Assembly (NCBI GenBank): GCA_002699485.1
Contig: PAAV01000049.1
Span: 61,981 to 125,980 of the forward strand
DNA length: 64,000 bases
Direction of reading: 5' to 3'
From: Chloroflexota bacterium
GTDB taxonomy: Bacteria > Chloroflexota > Dehalococcoidia > Lucifugimonadales > UBA2962
The notes under the pieces were generated by a model. The model ran no database searches. It was given only the letters and a program-made list of their open reading frames with translations, and was not told the DNA's origin. This document shows positions 36,013-45,971 of the stretch, piece after piece. Positions within the stretch are counted from its first letter, which is position 1. Each line of letters begins with the position of its first letter. Both the position numbers and the translations under genes were made by a program.

Positions 36013-38223
36013 TTGTATAAGACGTTAATAACAGAGACTAATATTTTAAAAACTAAGTCACCGATCGGACCATACAGTAAAGGGTTCTTGAACCTAATAA
36101 TTGAAATCTCCAGATTCTTAAAAGTTAATCGAATTGAAGTAACGGCATACGTTGCTTTGCTTATCGTTGCAGGAATAATGCGCTTTTGGAATTTAGGCTC
36201 TAGGGCATTGCATCACGATGAAAGCCTGCATGCGTACTTTTCATGGCAATTATTTGCAGGAAACGGATATCTTCATAATCCAATGATGCATGGCCCGCTT
36301 CAATTCGAACTTAATGCTGCACTTTTTTATATTTTTGGAGTCACAGATTTTACATCAAGGAGTTTATACGCGTTATTCGGGATTTTATTAATTCTTTGCC
36401 CCTTGCTACTTAGAGATAAACTCGGCAGATTGGGTTGCTTTATCACAGCTCTGTTGTTGGCCTTTTCTCCGGCACTACTTTATTTCAGTCGATTTGCAAG
36501 AAACGACATCCTTATGGCTGTTTGGACTTTTGCGTTAATAGCATTTCTATGGAGATATTTGGAATCTGGTAAAAACAGGTATTTGTACGCGACAGCATTT
36601 GCTTTGGCTTTATCATTTTCATCAAAAGAGAGCACATATTTCACAGTAGGTATTCTTTCCATATACTTGGGCTTTGTTTTGATCTTTAGAAACGTACATC
36701 TGATATATAAGCAAAATAATCTTTATGGCGTTCCAATACTTAATGCCATTCTAAAAGTAATCGCCGGGCTGTATAAAAAGCTTATCGAAATTAGATCTCT
36801 CCAAAATATTTCTCGTGAAACATCATTTTTAATTGTGATGTGGACTATATCTTTGCCTCTTTGGTCAGGGTTTATTTCTATTTTTCAGGTTGCTGGCTCG
36901 AATTTAGTACTCGCTTCTGAAAGTGGACCAAATATTGGATCACCAACTGGAGGGGGGTTAGTAATTGCTGGTGTAGTAATAGGAATTTGTTTTTTCGTAG
37001 GCTGTGTGATTGGTCTTCGCTGGAACTGGAGGGCTTGGTTAATATCTGCCCTGATTTTTTATATTCCTTGGATATTATTCCACACCACTTTTTTCGATAA
37101 TCTAAACGGTGTTGGGTCTGGATTGTGGCAGTCTCTTGGTTATTGGGTAGTTCAGCAGGGAGAAAGCAGAGGAAATCAACCCGCATATTACTATTTATTA
37201 ATTACCGCCTTGTATGAGTTTCTTCCATTATTAGTTTCGCTAACAGCCGTTATCTACTACTTTAAAAAGAAAGAAGCATTTGCTAAATTCCTAATATTTT
37301 GGTCTTTGGCAACTTTCTTAATGTATACGATAGCTAGCGAGAAAATGCCCTGGCTTTTGGTCCACATAACCATGCCTTTGATAGTTCTTTCTGGGAAAGT
37401 TTTGGGTGATTATATTAAAACCCAAACTGTCTCAAAATACGTTAATGTGAAAAATATCCCTCTGGCATTACTAACTTTAGCCTTTTTATTTTTTGCTTGG
37501 AGATTGGCATTTTTCGGTATAGATGGCAATGCAGGTAATTTATGGATGTTGGTTTTATTGCTCTCTGGACTGGTTTTAGTGCTATTAGGGTTTGGGTTTT
37601 TACTAAGAGTTGATTTCTATAAAAGCTCTTTAAAGGTGGTTGTTTTAACTATTGTTTTGATTTTATTTGGCTTAACCGTACGGACTGGAGTTATTGCCAC
37701 ATATAAAAATGGCGATATTCCTGTGGAAATGTTGGTTTACACCCAGACTTCGCCTGACGTGCCGTCATTAGCTAGTCATATATCCACATTAGAATTAACA
37801 GGTGGAAGTAAGCCTACTGTGGATGTGGATTCTACCAGCGGGTTCCAATGGCCTTGGGCATGGTATTTAAGAGATATTGCCTTAGCGGGATATCCTCAGT
37901 ATGGTCAACATTTACCTTCTAGCATGATGGAACAGGAAGTCCTAATAATTCACTCTCAAAACAAATTAGCGGTGCAAGAACCTGTAAAAGAAAAATACGG
38001 AGAAGGTATTCGATTTAGACATAGATGGTGGTTTCCGGAACAAACTTATAGGGACCTTAGCTTAAAAAAGATAATTCAATCGATATTTGATCGGTCTGCA
38101 TGGGTAAGATCTATGGATTATTTTCTATATCGTGACCTTAATCATAATTTGTCGAGTGAAGATGCATATGTATACTTTGATGACTCTGAGATGCGAAAAT
38201 TTAGATCCCTTGAATTAGAATAA
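36013..38223 (+). CDS. TIGR03663-like (Agl23-like) GT-C/PMT-like polytopic membrane protein
   Basis: 736 aa. RFWNLGSRALHHDESLHAYFSW and HNPMMHGPLQF in the first loop region, many TM segments, and a C-terminal FQWPWAWYLRD. Starts 7 nt after the DUF2298 gene. Confidence 0.7.
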   Translation: MYKTLITETNILKTKSPIGPYSKGFLNLIIEISRFLKVNRIEVTAYVALLIVAGIMRFWNLGSRALHHDESLHAYFSWQLFAGNGYLHNPMMHGPLQFELNAALFYIFGVTDFTSRSLYALFGILLILCPLLLRDKLGRLGCFITALLLAFSPALLYFSRFARNDILMAVWTFALIAFLWRYLESGKNRYLYATAFALALSFSSKESTYFTVGILSIYLGFVLIFRNVHLIYKQNNLYGVPILNAILKVIAGLYKKLIEIRSLQNISRETSFLIVMWTISLPLWSGFISIFQVAGSNLVLASESGPNIGSPTGGGLVIAGVVIGICFFVGCVIGLRWNWRAWLISALIFYIPWILFHTTFFDNLNGVGSGLWQSLGYWVVQQGESRGNQPAYYYLLITALYEFLPLLVSLTAVIYYFKKKEAFAKFLIFWSLATFLMYTIASEKMPWLLVHITMPLIVLSGKVLGDYIKTQTVSKYVNVKNIPLALLTLAFLFFAWRLAFFGIDGNAGNLWMLVLLLSGLVLVLLGFGFLLRVDFYKSSLKVVVLTIVLILFGLTVRTGVIATYKNGDIPVEMLVYTQTSPDVPSLASHISTLELTGGSKPTVDVDSTSGFQWPWAWYLRDIALAGYPQYGQHLPSSMMEQEVLIIHSQNKLAVQEPVKEKYGEGIRFRHRWWFPEQTYRDLSLKKIIQSIFDRSAWVRSMDYFLYRDLNHNLSSEDAYVYFDDSEMRKFRSLELE

Positions 38224-38324
38224 TTATATTATGTTTTAAATATATGGCTAAATTGTGTAAGGAAATTTGCCAAGCAATTTAAAAGTTCTGAAAGTCTCTT
38301 AACCGAAAAGTATATTCATAAATT

Positions 38325-39392
38325 ATGTTGAATCGTTATAAAACTTGGATTGGAATCGGGCTAACTGCAATTTTGCTCATTGCTTTTCTGCTCACGGTGG
38401 ATGTGGTTAAGATGTTCGACTCTCTTGTTGAGGCTAATTATGTGTTCATCTTACCGGCTATTGCAATGTATTTCATATCACTCCTGTTCAGAACATTGAG
38501 ATGGAAAATGTTATTAACACACATGCAGGATATCAGTATGTCCAGGCTCTATCCGGTTGTGGTCGTAGGATATATGGCCAATAATATTTTGCCAATGAGA
38601 TTGGGTGAATTTGTGAGAAGTTATTACCTCAGAGAGCGTGAGGGAGTAAGTGTGAGTGCTGCATTGGCAACTGTATTTGTTGAACGAGTGATTGATGCTC
38701 TTACATTGTTAATTTTTATTGTGGCAATTGCCTTCATTGTTCCATTGGGAGTGGGTGGGGTTGTCGAAGGATTAGGCGAGAAATCGGGAATTGCATGGCC
38801 ATTAATAGTTTTAGGGGCGACAATTCCATTTATACTCTGTTTCACAGTGTTTATGCTTGTAGCTCGTTACCCTGAATTTACATTGGCAATCACGTCAAAA
38901 ATATTTTCTAGATTCCCAGCCAAGATCAAATTAGTCTTAAATAATCTCGCTGAAACTTTCGTAGTAGGCCTGTCGGCATTAAAAAACCCTCAGTTAATCA
39001 TGGGAATGTTTATTGTTTCTGTTCCGATTTGGCTGTTTGAAGCAGCGCTTTTCTACCTGATCGGAATTTCATTTGACTTCCAAAATCATTTAGGCGGTCA
39101 TGTTAATTTAGCCCTAATTTCTGTTCTAGTGACAGCCATTACTAATATTGGAGCTTCAATTCCTGCTGCACCGGGAGGTATTGGTTTATTTGAAATAATT
39201 GCTCGGGAAACATTGGTTTTAATACCTTTAGGCATAATCGATAGGTCCATAGCTGCTGGATATGCAGCAGTTGTTCATGCTACTTTACTTATACCTATTA
39301 TATTGCTCGGACAGATAATATTGTGGTGGGACAATATATCACTTAATCATTTATGGCTTATGGGTAAAAATAATAAAGAGGATACGGATTGA
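38325..39392 (+). CDS. Flippase-like / lysylphosphatidylglycerol-synthase-TM-domain (UPF0104) membrane protein
   Basis: 8 or more TM segments. FRTLRWKMLL and NILPMRLGEFVRSYYL are typical of UPF0104. Confidence 0.7.
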   Translation: MLNRYKTWIGIGLTAILLIAFLLTVDVVKMFDSLVEANYVFILPAIAMYFISLLFRTLRWKMLLTHMQDISMSRLYPVVVVGYMANNILPMRLGEFVRSYYLREREGVSVSAALATVFVERVIDALTLLIFIVAIAFIVPLGVGGVVEGLGEKSGIAWPLIVLGATIPFILCFTVFMLVARYPEFTLAITSKIFSRFPAKIKLVLNNLAETFVVGLSALKNPQLIMGMFIVSVPIWLFEAALFYLIGISFDFQNHLGGHVNLALISVLVTAITNIGASIPAAPGGIGLFEIIARETLVLIPLGIIDRSIAAGYAAVVHATLLIPIILLGQIILWWDNISLNHLWLMGKNNKEDTD

Positions 39393-40726
39393 AAGTAGGA
39401 ATTATTGGAGCGGGAGCAGCTGGCTTAGCTGCAGCTTATGAATTGGCACTTGCTGGTGTAGAAGTCGTTATATATGAAAAGGCATCATTTGTTGGAGGTC
39501 AAGCGTCAACATTTGATGTTGAATCTACACCTTTAGAACGCGGATATCATCACTTATTTACTTCAGATACTGACATACTATCGTTGATGTCGGAAATTGG
39601 CCTTTCGGATCGTATGGAATGGCATGAGTCTAAAGTTGGCATATTTTATGGTGGGAAAATATTTAATCTTGTTACTCCCCTCGACCTTTTAAAGTTTTCT
39701 CCTTTAAGTATTCTTGATCGAATCCGTATGGGTTTAGTAACAATGATTTTGAAATCAAAAAAGGATTGGAAAGCTCTTGAAAATGTAACTACTGATGAAT
39801 GGATAAAAACTTGGGCCGGTAAAAGAGTCTACGAAGTAGTTTGGGGGCCTCTTTTACGTGGAAAATTTGGAGATCGACATTACAACGAAATAGGCATGCC
39901 ATGGTTTTGGGGAAAAATACATACCAGGTTCGCTTCACGTGGCAAGAATATGGCGAAAGAACTTTTGGGTTATCCTAAAGGGAGTTTTGGCGAAATTTTT
40001 GACACGTTGGCTAAAAAGATTGAGTTAATGGGAGGTACAGTAAGATTATCTACGGGGGTTAAAAAGATAATCATCAAGGAGGGAAAAGCTGTGGGGCTAT
40101 CAATCGAATCCGGATCTGATTCTAAGGAAGAGCTTACTGAAAAATTCGATGCAATCTTGTCTACTACACCTTCATTTGTGTTCCCAAAACTTGTTCCAAA
40201 AATGCCTAAAGAATATGAGAACAGGCTTACAACAGTTCAGTATATGTCAGCAGTGCTCATTATATTAATATTGGACCGCCCCTTGACGAATGTTTATTGG
40301 CTGAACGTTGCTGATCGATCAATACCATTCGTAGGTTTGATAGAACATACTAATATGATAGATTCATCTCTTTATGGCGGCAAACATATTGTTTATTTAT
40401 CTAATTACCTAAATATTGACCATCCGCTTTATCAAATGGATCATAAACAGCTGCTAGCAGAATATCTACCACACATAAAAAAAATTACACCTGAATTCGA
40501 TAAATCTTGGATTGTAAAAACTTACTACCATAAAGTGGGGGCCGCTCAGCCGATCATAGGTGTTAACTATTCGGAGCGTATTCCGGGACATAGGACGCCT
40601 TTTGAAAACCTATATTTAGCAAATACTACTCAAATATACCCTGAGGATAGGGGAACCAACTATTCGGTTCGCATGGGCCGTGATGTAGCAAAACTATTGT
40701 TAAAAGACTATAGTTTGCCAGATTAG
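39389..40726 (+). CDS. NAD(P)/FAD-dependent oxidoreductase (amine-oxidase / phytoene-desaturase / protoporphyrinogen-oxidase fold)
   Basis: KVGIIGAGAAGLAAAYELALAG...VIYEK...GG dinucleotide-binding N-terminus. The TTG start overlaps the upstream stop (TTGA). Confidence 0.75.
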   Translation: MKVGIIGAGAAGLAAAYELALAGVEVVIYEKASFVGGQASTFDVESTPLERGYHHLFTSDTDILSLMSEIGLSDRMEWHESKVGIFYGGKIFNLVTPLDLLKFSPLSILDRIRMGLVTMILKSKKDWKALENVTTDEWIKTWAGKRVYEVVWGPLLRGKFGDRHYNEIGMPWFWGKIHTRFASRGKNMAKELLGYPKGSFGEIFDTLAKKIELMGGTVRLSTGVKKIIIKEGKAVGLSIESGSDSKEELTEKFDAILSTTPSFVFPKLVPKMPKEYENRLTTVQYMSAVLIILILDRPLTNVYWLNVADRSIPFVGLIEHTNMIDSSLYGGKHIVYLSNYLNIDHPLYQMDHKQLLAEYLPHIKKITPEFDKSWIVKTYYHKVGAAQPIIGVNYSERIPGHRTPFENLYLANTTQIYPEDRGTNYSVRMGRDVAKLLLKDYSLPD

Positions 40727-40733
40727 ATATGCG

Positions 40734-40778
40734 TTGTTGCAACAATATCTTTCTGGTAGGATTTGCTGGTAGCATTTG
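40734..40778. promoter_or_regulatory. 12-nt perfect palindrome followed by a tandem 13-nt direct repeat upstream of the nuoE-like gene
   Basis: TTGTTGCAACAA (40734..40745), then CTGGTAGGATTTG (40753..40765) immediately followed by CTGGTAGCATTTG (40766..40778), matching at 12 of 13 positions. Confidence 0.3.
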
Positions 40779-40808
40779 TGAATCATTTATCAAATTAGGA
40801 GATCAGGT

Positions 40809-41336
40809 TTGCCATCGGATGTAACGCCTAAAATAGGCCCTACGCCAGATTCAGAAAAACAAGACCTCAAAGATCGCATAAATAAAGCGGTAAGGACCCA
40901 GAAGAGGCCGACTGTTACAGTACTATCATCTTTACTATCAATAGAAGATGATTTGGGTTATATCCCGGAAGAAGCGATATCTATAGTTGCCGAATATAAT
41001 GATTCGACTATTAACGAAGTCTGGGGTGTAGCATCCTTTTATCCAAATTTTCGATTTGATCCTCCTTCCAAGAATACTGTTGAAGTTTGTTGGGGACCAT
41101 CTTGTCATTTAGTTGGAGCAACGGAGGTAATTAAGTCTGTTTTGGATGAGTTGGATCTTGACGGAGAAGGAGACACCACAGATAAAATCGTGACGTTCAA
41201 ATTTAATACGTGTTTAGGGGCATGCCCTCAAGCTCCTGTAATGAGTATAAATCATCGAATGTATGGAAAAGTTTCAGCCAAACAAGCTCAATCTCATGTT
41301 TCTTCGTTGAGAGAAAGCGCTAAGGGAGTAAGCTAA
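40809..41336 (+). CDS. nuoE: NuoE/FdsG-like [2Fe-2S] thioredoxin-fold subunit
   Basis: VCWGPSCHLVGA and TCLGACPQAPV (Cx4C...Cx3C). TTG start with AGGAG 9 nt upstream. Confidence 0.8.
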   Translation: MPSDVTPKIGPTPDSEKQDLKDRINKAVRTQKRPTVTVLSSLLSIEDDLGYIPEEAISIVAEYNDSTINEVWGVASFYPNFRFDPPSKNTVEVCWGPSCHLVGATEVIKSVLDELDLDGEGDTTDKIVTFKFNTCLGACPQAPVMSINHRMYGKVSAKQAQSHVSSLRESAKGVS

Positions 41337-43120
41337 TGAGCTCTTATGAAAACCTTAAGACATTAGCTGATTCTAGGTGGTCAGAACTCACAGAGGGAAA
41401 CGTTCCTTGGATCAGAATAGGGATGTCTATGTGCTGCGGCCAAGCCTCTGGAGCATACGAAACACTCGCCGAAATCAAACAGCAGTTAAAGGCAAAAGGA
41501 ATTGAAGCAAATGTGAGTGAGGTTGGATGCCTAGGCATTTGTTACGCATCTCCAGTGGTGGATATTTTATTACCTAAGCAACATCGAGCCGTATATGGAA
41601 ACATAACCGCAGACTTAGTAATGGATTTGATTGACAGATGCTTACTTAAAGGAAAACTTCCTAAGAAAAATCTACTCGGAGTCTTAGATATTGGTGATAC
41701 TAAATTAAACGATTTACCAAATTTCAACGAATTGCCCCAGATCAAACTTCAACACCGAATTGCCCTTCGAAATGCTGGACATATTGATCCTAAAGATATA
41801 TATCAGTACATAGCTCGAGGGGGCTACTTAGGTTTGAATAGATCTTTAACTGATCTTAAACCTGAAGATGTAATTGAAGAGGTTAAATCTTCAGGTTTAA
41901 GAGGACGCGGAGGCGCAGCATTCCCGACGGGCGTGAAGTGGAGCTTTATGACCAGAGGAGAGAAACCAAAGTATATTCTTTGTAACTGCGAAGAGGGTGA
42001 CCCTGGAGCTTTTAATGACAAAGCTATTTTGGAGAGTGATCCTTATACCACGATTGAAGGAATGACTATAGCCGCGTACGCTACAGGCTCTACTAATGGA
42101 ATTATTTTTATAAGACATGGACATGATGGTCCAATAAAAACAACAGAAGACGCAATAAAACAGGCATATGAAGTTGGTTTGCTGGGTCAGAATATACTTG
42201 GATCTGATTTCAGTTTTGATTTAGAGGTGTCATTAACAGGTGAGTCATATGTAGCCGGTGAGGAAACGGCGCTCATGGAGGCAGTTGAAGGTAAAAGATC
42301 AATGCCTAGAGCAAGACCACCTTTCCCAGCAGCATATGGTGTTTGGGGACGCCCAAGCACTATTAATAACGTAAAGTCTCTTTCTTATGCACCTTCCATT
42401 CTTGAAAATGGACCTGAATGGTTTTCATCTATTGGTGTAAATAAAAGTACGGGAACTGCGATTATATGTTTGAGCGGCAACATAAAATATCCTGGTTTAT
42501 ATGAAGTTCCAATGGGTCTTACAATAGGTGAGGTTATTGATGATATTGGTGGAGGGGTTCCTGGTGGCCGTAAGTTAAAAATGTTACAAACTGGAGGACC
42601 TCTCGGAGGGGTCTTAAGTTCGGATTCCCTTGAAATACGCTTAGATTTTGATGAAATGAGAGAAGCCGGAGCGATATTGGGTTCGGGAGGGATAATCGTG
42701 GCTGATGATCGTACTTGTGCCGTTGATCTGACCAGGGTTCTAGTAGCATTTTGCCAATTTGAATCGTGTGGTAAGTGCTTTCCTTGTCGTCTAGGCACTA
42801 CTAATCTGTTAGAGATTGTTGAGCGAATGTCATCTAATAAAGCCAGGATGGGTGATGTTGATTTAATGAAGCAGATTGGACAAACAATGCAAGCAGGCTC
42901 GCTCTGCGGACATGGACAATTAGGCTTCAATCCAATCGAATCAGCAATGAAGCATTTTAAAGAAGATTGGAACGCCTGCGTTGATGATGGAAAGTGTTTG
43001 ACTGGTTCGTGCGACAAACCGTATTTTACCCCAATAAATACGAGGCCATTTGCGGATTCTCCTATAAAAAATGCTGTGCCAATTAATATTGCAAAACAAG
43101 TTGGAGAAAAAAATGAGTGA
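41336..43120 (+). CDS. nuoF: NuoF/FdsB-like NAD(H)-binding FMN/[4Fe-4S] subunit with N-terminal thioredoxin-like extension
   Basis: GLRGRGGAAFPTGVKW (FMN), CNCEEGDPGAFNDK (NADH), and ESCGKCFPCRLGT plus SLCGHGQ (N3 cluster). The start overlaps the upstream stop (TAATG). Confidence 0.85.
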   Translation: MSSYENLKTLADSRWSELTEGNVPWIRIGMSMCCGQASGAYETLAEIKQQLKAKGIEANVSEVGCLGICYASPVVDILLPKQHRAVYGNITADLVMDLIDRCLLKGKLPKKNLLGVLDIGDTKLNDLPNFNELPQIKLQHRIALRNAGHIDPKDIYQYIARGGYLGLNRSLTDLKPEDVIEEVKSSGLRGRGGAAFPTGVKWSFMTRGEKPKYILCNCEEGDPGAFNDKAILESDPYTTIEGMTIAAYATGSTNGIIFIRHGHDGPIKTTEDAIKQAYEVGLLGQNILGSDFSFDLEVSLTGESYVAGEETALMEAVEGKRSMPRARPPFPAAYGVWGRPSTINNVKSLSYAPSILENGPEWFSSIGVNKSTGTAIICLSGNIKYPGLYEVPMGLTIGEVIDDIGGGVPGGRKLKMLQTGGPLGGVLSSDSLEIRLDFDEMREAGAILGSGGIIVADDRTCAVDLTRVLVAFCQFESCGKCFPCRLGTTNLLEIVERMSSNKARMGDVDLMKQIGQTMQAGSLCGHGQLGFNPIESAMKHFKEDWNACVDDGKCLTGSCDKPYFTPINTRPFADSPIKNAVPINIAKQVGEKNE

Positions 43121-45866
43121 AGATCTAGTCATCAATATTGATGGTAAAGAGATTAAAGCGAAACCTGGCCAGATGATTCTTCAGGCAGCAATGGAAGCAG
43201 GCATTTACATTCCCTATCTTTGTTACTATCCCGGTACTAAACCTTTTGGGGCATGTCGTATGTGTGTGGTTACGGTAGATGGAGTGAGAGGTACCCCAGC
43301 ATCCTGCACAACACCGGTGAGCCCAGACATGGTTGTAAAAACCGATACCCCAGAAATTGTTGAACTCCGAAGAGGCATAATGGATTTACTTCTATCGGAA
43401 CATCCGCATGGATGTTTAACATGTCATAGGATTGAGCTATGCGGTCCAACAGATGTATGTTTGCGTCATGTATCAGTAAATGATCGTTGTGTCACTTGCC
43501 CTAAAAATGAGAGATGTGAATTAAAAGACACTGTTCGATGGTTAGAGATGGACATGGAAACACCACTTACATACCAGAATAGGGAGATACCTTTAAAGAC
43601 CGCTGATCCTTTCTGGGATATGGACATGAATTTGTGCATCGTATGTGGCCGTTGTGTAAGAGTGTGTGATGAAATTAGAGGTGATAGCGCATTAACATTT
43701 TTGAATCGAGCAGGGAAAACCGTGATTGGCACATCTCAAGGAACCTCTCTACTTGAATCAGGTTGCGAGTTTTGTGGTGCATGTATAGATGCTTGCCCAA
43801 CAGGAGCATTGGTGGAAAGGGATTATAAATGGGATAAGGCTACAAAAACTGTTGAATCGGTCTGCCCGCATTGCCCCGTTGGATGCACGATGAAGCTTGA
43901 AATAAATAAAAGAGACAAACTTATTCGTGCAATTCCAGATAGTCAGTCTGAAGTTAACAGAGGCCAGTCGTGCTACAAAGGAAAGTTTGGAGTGAACTTT
44001 GTTAATAGCAAACAAAGAATAAAGACTCCAATGATTAGAAGTGAAGGAGAACTAAAGGAAGTAGGTTGGAACGACGCAATTTCATCACTTGCAGAAAAAC
44101 TAAGTGATTACCGGAACAATAACGAATATTATTTGTTATTATCTCCTAGGTCTACCAATGAAGACGCATTTGTTGCGCAAAAATTTGGACGTAGTGTTAT
44201 GGGTACCAATAATGTAAATGTATCTTCTAACATTAGACCTGAATTAGTCGAGTATTTAGGTCAAATGCTTGGTACTTATGCTGGAACCAATCCTATTTGG
44301 GACCTCGAAAAATCCCAAGCATTTTTAGTTGTATCAGCTAATATGACTGAACAGCATAACGTCGCTGCATTACCAATAAAAAAAGCAGTTAAAAACGGAT
44401 CTGATCTTATCGTTATTGATCAGCGCGAGACTGAACTAACGAAAATTTCATCCATCTGGCTTCGACCGAAACCAAATACAGAGGCCGTTTTGATAGGCGC
44501 CATTCTCAAGGTTATTATTGACGAAACTTTAGATGATCATGATTTCATAAATAAAAATACTGTTGATTCCGATCGGATGAGAAAGTCTGTTGTTTCATTC
44601 GACATCGTTAAGGCGGAAGGGATAACTGGAATCGAAGCGGATGAAATAAGGAAAGCAGCGCGTATCCTTGCCAAGGCAAATCCATTGGCTATTCTTTATG
44701 GCCTGGAAACACTTGATGCAGCAGTTAGGCCCGATTGTGTAAAGATGCTCGTAAACCTATCGATGTCTACAGGAAATATAGGTGTTGAAGGTGGGGGTCT
44801 ATATCCATTGTTGAACGGTGCTAATGAACAAGGAGCCAAGGATGCAGGTTGTATGCCTGATAAGTTACCTGGTTATATAAGCATCGATGATGCCCGAAAA
44901 GTGTCAGAATTCGAAAAATTGGTTGGCTTTCCTATCCCTAAAGAAGCAGGATTATCAATAGAAGAGCTGGCTGGCGCAGTTAAGTCTGGTAAGTTGAAAG
45001 CCTTGCATGTGTTAGGAGATAGCCCTTCACTGGTTAATGGAGAGTTAGCTGAACTAGTGAAATTAATAGATAAATTAGAATTGTTGGTTGTACATTCCTC
45101 ACTGGAGAATGAACTGACCGCCAAGGCTGACATGGTTTTTCCGGCGGAAACATTTGCTGAAACGGAAGGGACATACACTAATTTAGAAAGACGAGTACAA
45201 ATTTTGAATTCGGCGACATCTAGAAAGGGATATCAATCTCCGAGCTGGAGTGTTTTGAATCAAGTAGCAAACGAATTAAATGTTAATGGTTTTGAATATC
45301 AGACATCGATGCAGATCTTTGATGAACTTAGGCGTCAGGTTGAAGGTTACAAAGGTATTTCATATGAAAAATTACGAAGTACACAGGGCGTACAATGGCC
45401 ATGTTCGCATAAAGAATCTGATGGACTTTCAATTTTGCACACGGCAAAAGACCCGGATGCCGAACATGGCAAATTTGTGAGTGTAGATCTACAGATGCCT
45501 GCAACTTCAAGAGGCACAAATCATGGCTTTATTTTGGCCGAGGGCCGAGTGCTCTTGCAGTCGGAACGAGAATTTGAACTCGTGAAAAATAATAAGAGAA
45601 ATGAGATATCGCGAGAAGAAATCCTCGAAATGCACCCTTTGGATGCAAAAGGACTAAATCTTAAAGATGGAGATCTTGTTGAGCTTGAAGGTGATGAAAT
45701 AAAATTGAAGTTGAAGGTTCATATCAACGGTATACAGCAAGGGCTAGTTTCAACTACTGAATTGTTTGGCTCTTATGCCGGACGTTTAGATTTAACCTCT
45801 GATCCAGATCCTGTATTAAACGCAAAGAACCTGTCTTTAATTCCTGTTAAATTAAAAACCGTATAA
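43113..45866 (+). CDS. nuoG: NuoG/FdsA-like Fe-S plus molybdopterin-oxidoreductase-fold subunit (formate dehydrogenase alpha-like, active-site Cys/Sec-His not seen)
   Basis: CYYPGTKPFGACRMCVV...C (2Fe-2S), HPHGCLTCHRIELC, CIVCGRCVRVC, CEFCGACIDACP, CPHCPVGCTMK and GQSCYKGKF. I start at ATG 43113 (GGAG upstream, ATGAGTGA overlap with the nuoF-like stop). Confidence 0.8.
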   Translation: MSEDLVINIDGKEIKAKPGQMILQAAMEAGIYIPYLCYYPGTKPFGACRMCVVTVDGVRGTPASCTTPVSPDMVVKTDTPEIVELRRGIMDLLLSEHPHGCLTCHRIELCGPTDVCLRHVSVNDRCVTCPKNERCELKDTVRWLEMDMETPLTYQNREIPLKTADPFWDMDMNLCIVCGRCVRVCDEIRGDSALTFLNRAGKTVIGTSQGTSLLESGCEFCGACIDACPTGALVERDYKWDKATKTVESVCPHCPVGCTMKLEINKRDKLIRAIPDSQSEVNRGQSCYKGKFGVNFVNSKQRIKTPMIRSEGELKEVGWNDAISSLAEKLSDYRNNNEYYLLLSPRSTNEDAFVAQKFGRSVMGTNNVNVSSNIRPELVEYLGQMLGTYAGTNPIWDLEKSQAFLVVSANMTEQHNVAALPIKKAVKNGSDLIVIDQRETELTKISSIWLRPKPNTEAVLIGAILKVIIDETLDDHDFINKNTVDSDRMRKSVVSFDIVKAEGITGIEADEIRKAARILAKANPLAILYGLETLDAAVRPDCVKMLVNLSMSTGNIGVEGGGLYPLLNGANEQGAKDAGCMPDKLPGYISIDDARKVSEFEKLVGFPIPKEAGLSIEELAGAVKSGKLKALHVLGDSPSLVNGELAELVKLIDKLELLVVHSSLENELTAKADMVFPAETFAETEGTYTNLERRVQILNSATSRKGYQSPSWSVLNQVANELNVNGFEYQTSMQIFDELRRQVEGYKGISYEKLRSTQGVQWPCSHKESDGLSILHTAKDPDAEHGKFVSVDLQMPATSRGTNHGFILAEGRVLLQSEREFELVKNNKRNEISREEILEMHPLDAKGLNLKDGDLVELEGDEIKLKLKVHINGIQQGLVSTTELFGSYAGRLDLTSDPDPVLNAKNLSLIPVKLKTV

Positions 45867-45971
45867 TAGAAAGAAGCGAATAGATTCCCGACAATTTTGT
45901 TAATCACCGTATTACAGTCTAGCCTAGCGTTGTGGAATTCTTTCTTTTTAAATTTTATTTGAGAGTTACTA

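Noticed and set aside
42385-43017. 210-aa ORF antisense to the nuoF-like gene, long for an AT-rich genome.
   Set aside because: The product is Pro/Ser-rich and low in complexity, as expected from reading Gly- and Glu-rich sense codons backwards. It has no SD or promoter. In this antisense frame stops arise only where a T- or C-ending sense codon precedes a Tyr, His or Gln codon, and these are scarce in this part of nuoF. I treat it as a shadow ORF.
45867-45971. Possible structured RNA or terminator between the nuoG-like gene and fpr: AGAAAGAA ... TTCTTTCT complementarity followed by T-rich sequence.
   Set aside because: The 8-bp arms are separated by about 60 nt with no convincing internal helices, so the pairing could easily be chance in AT-rich DNA.
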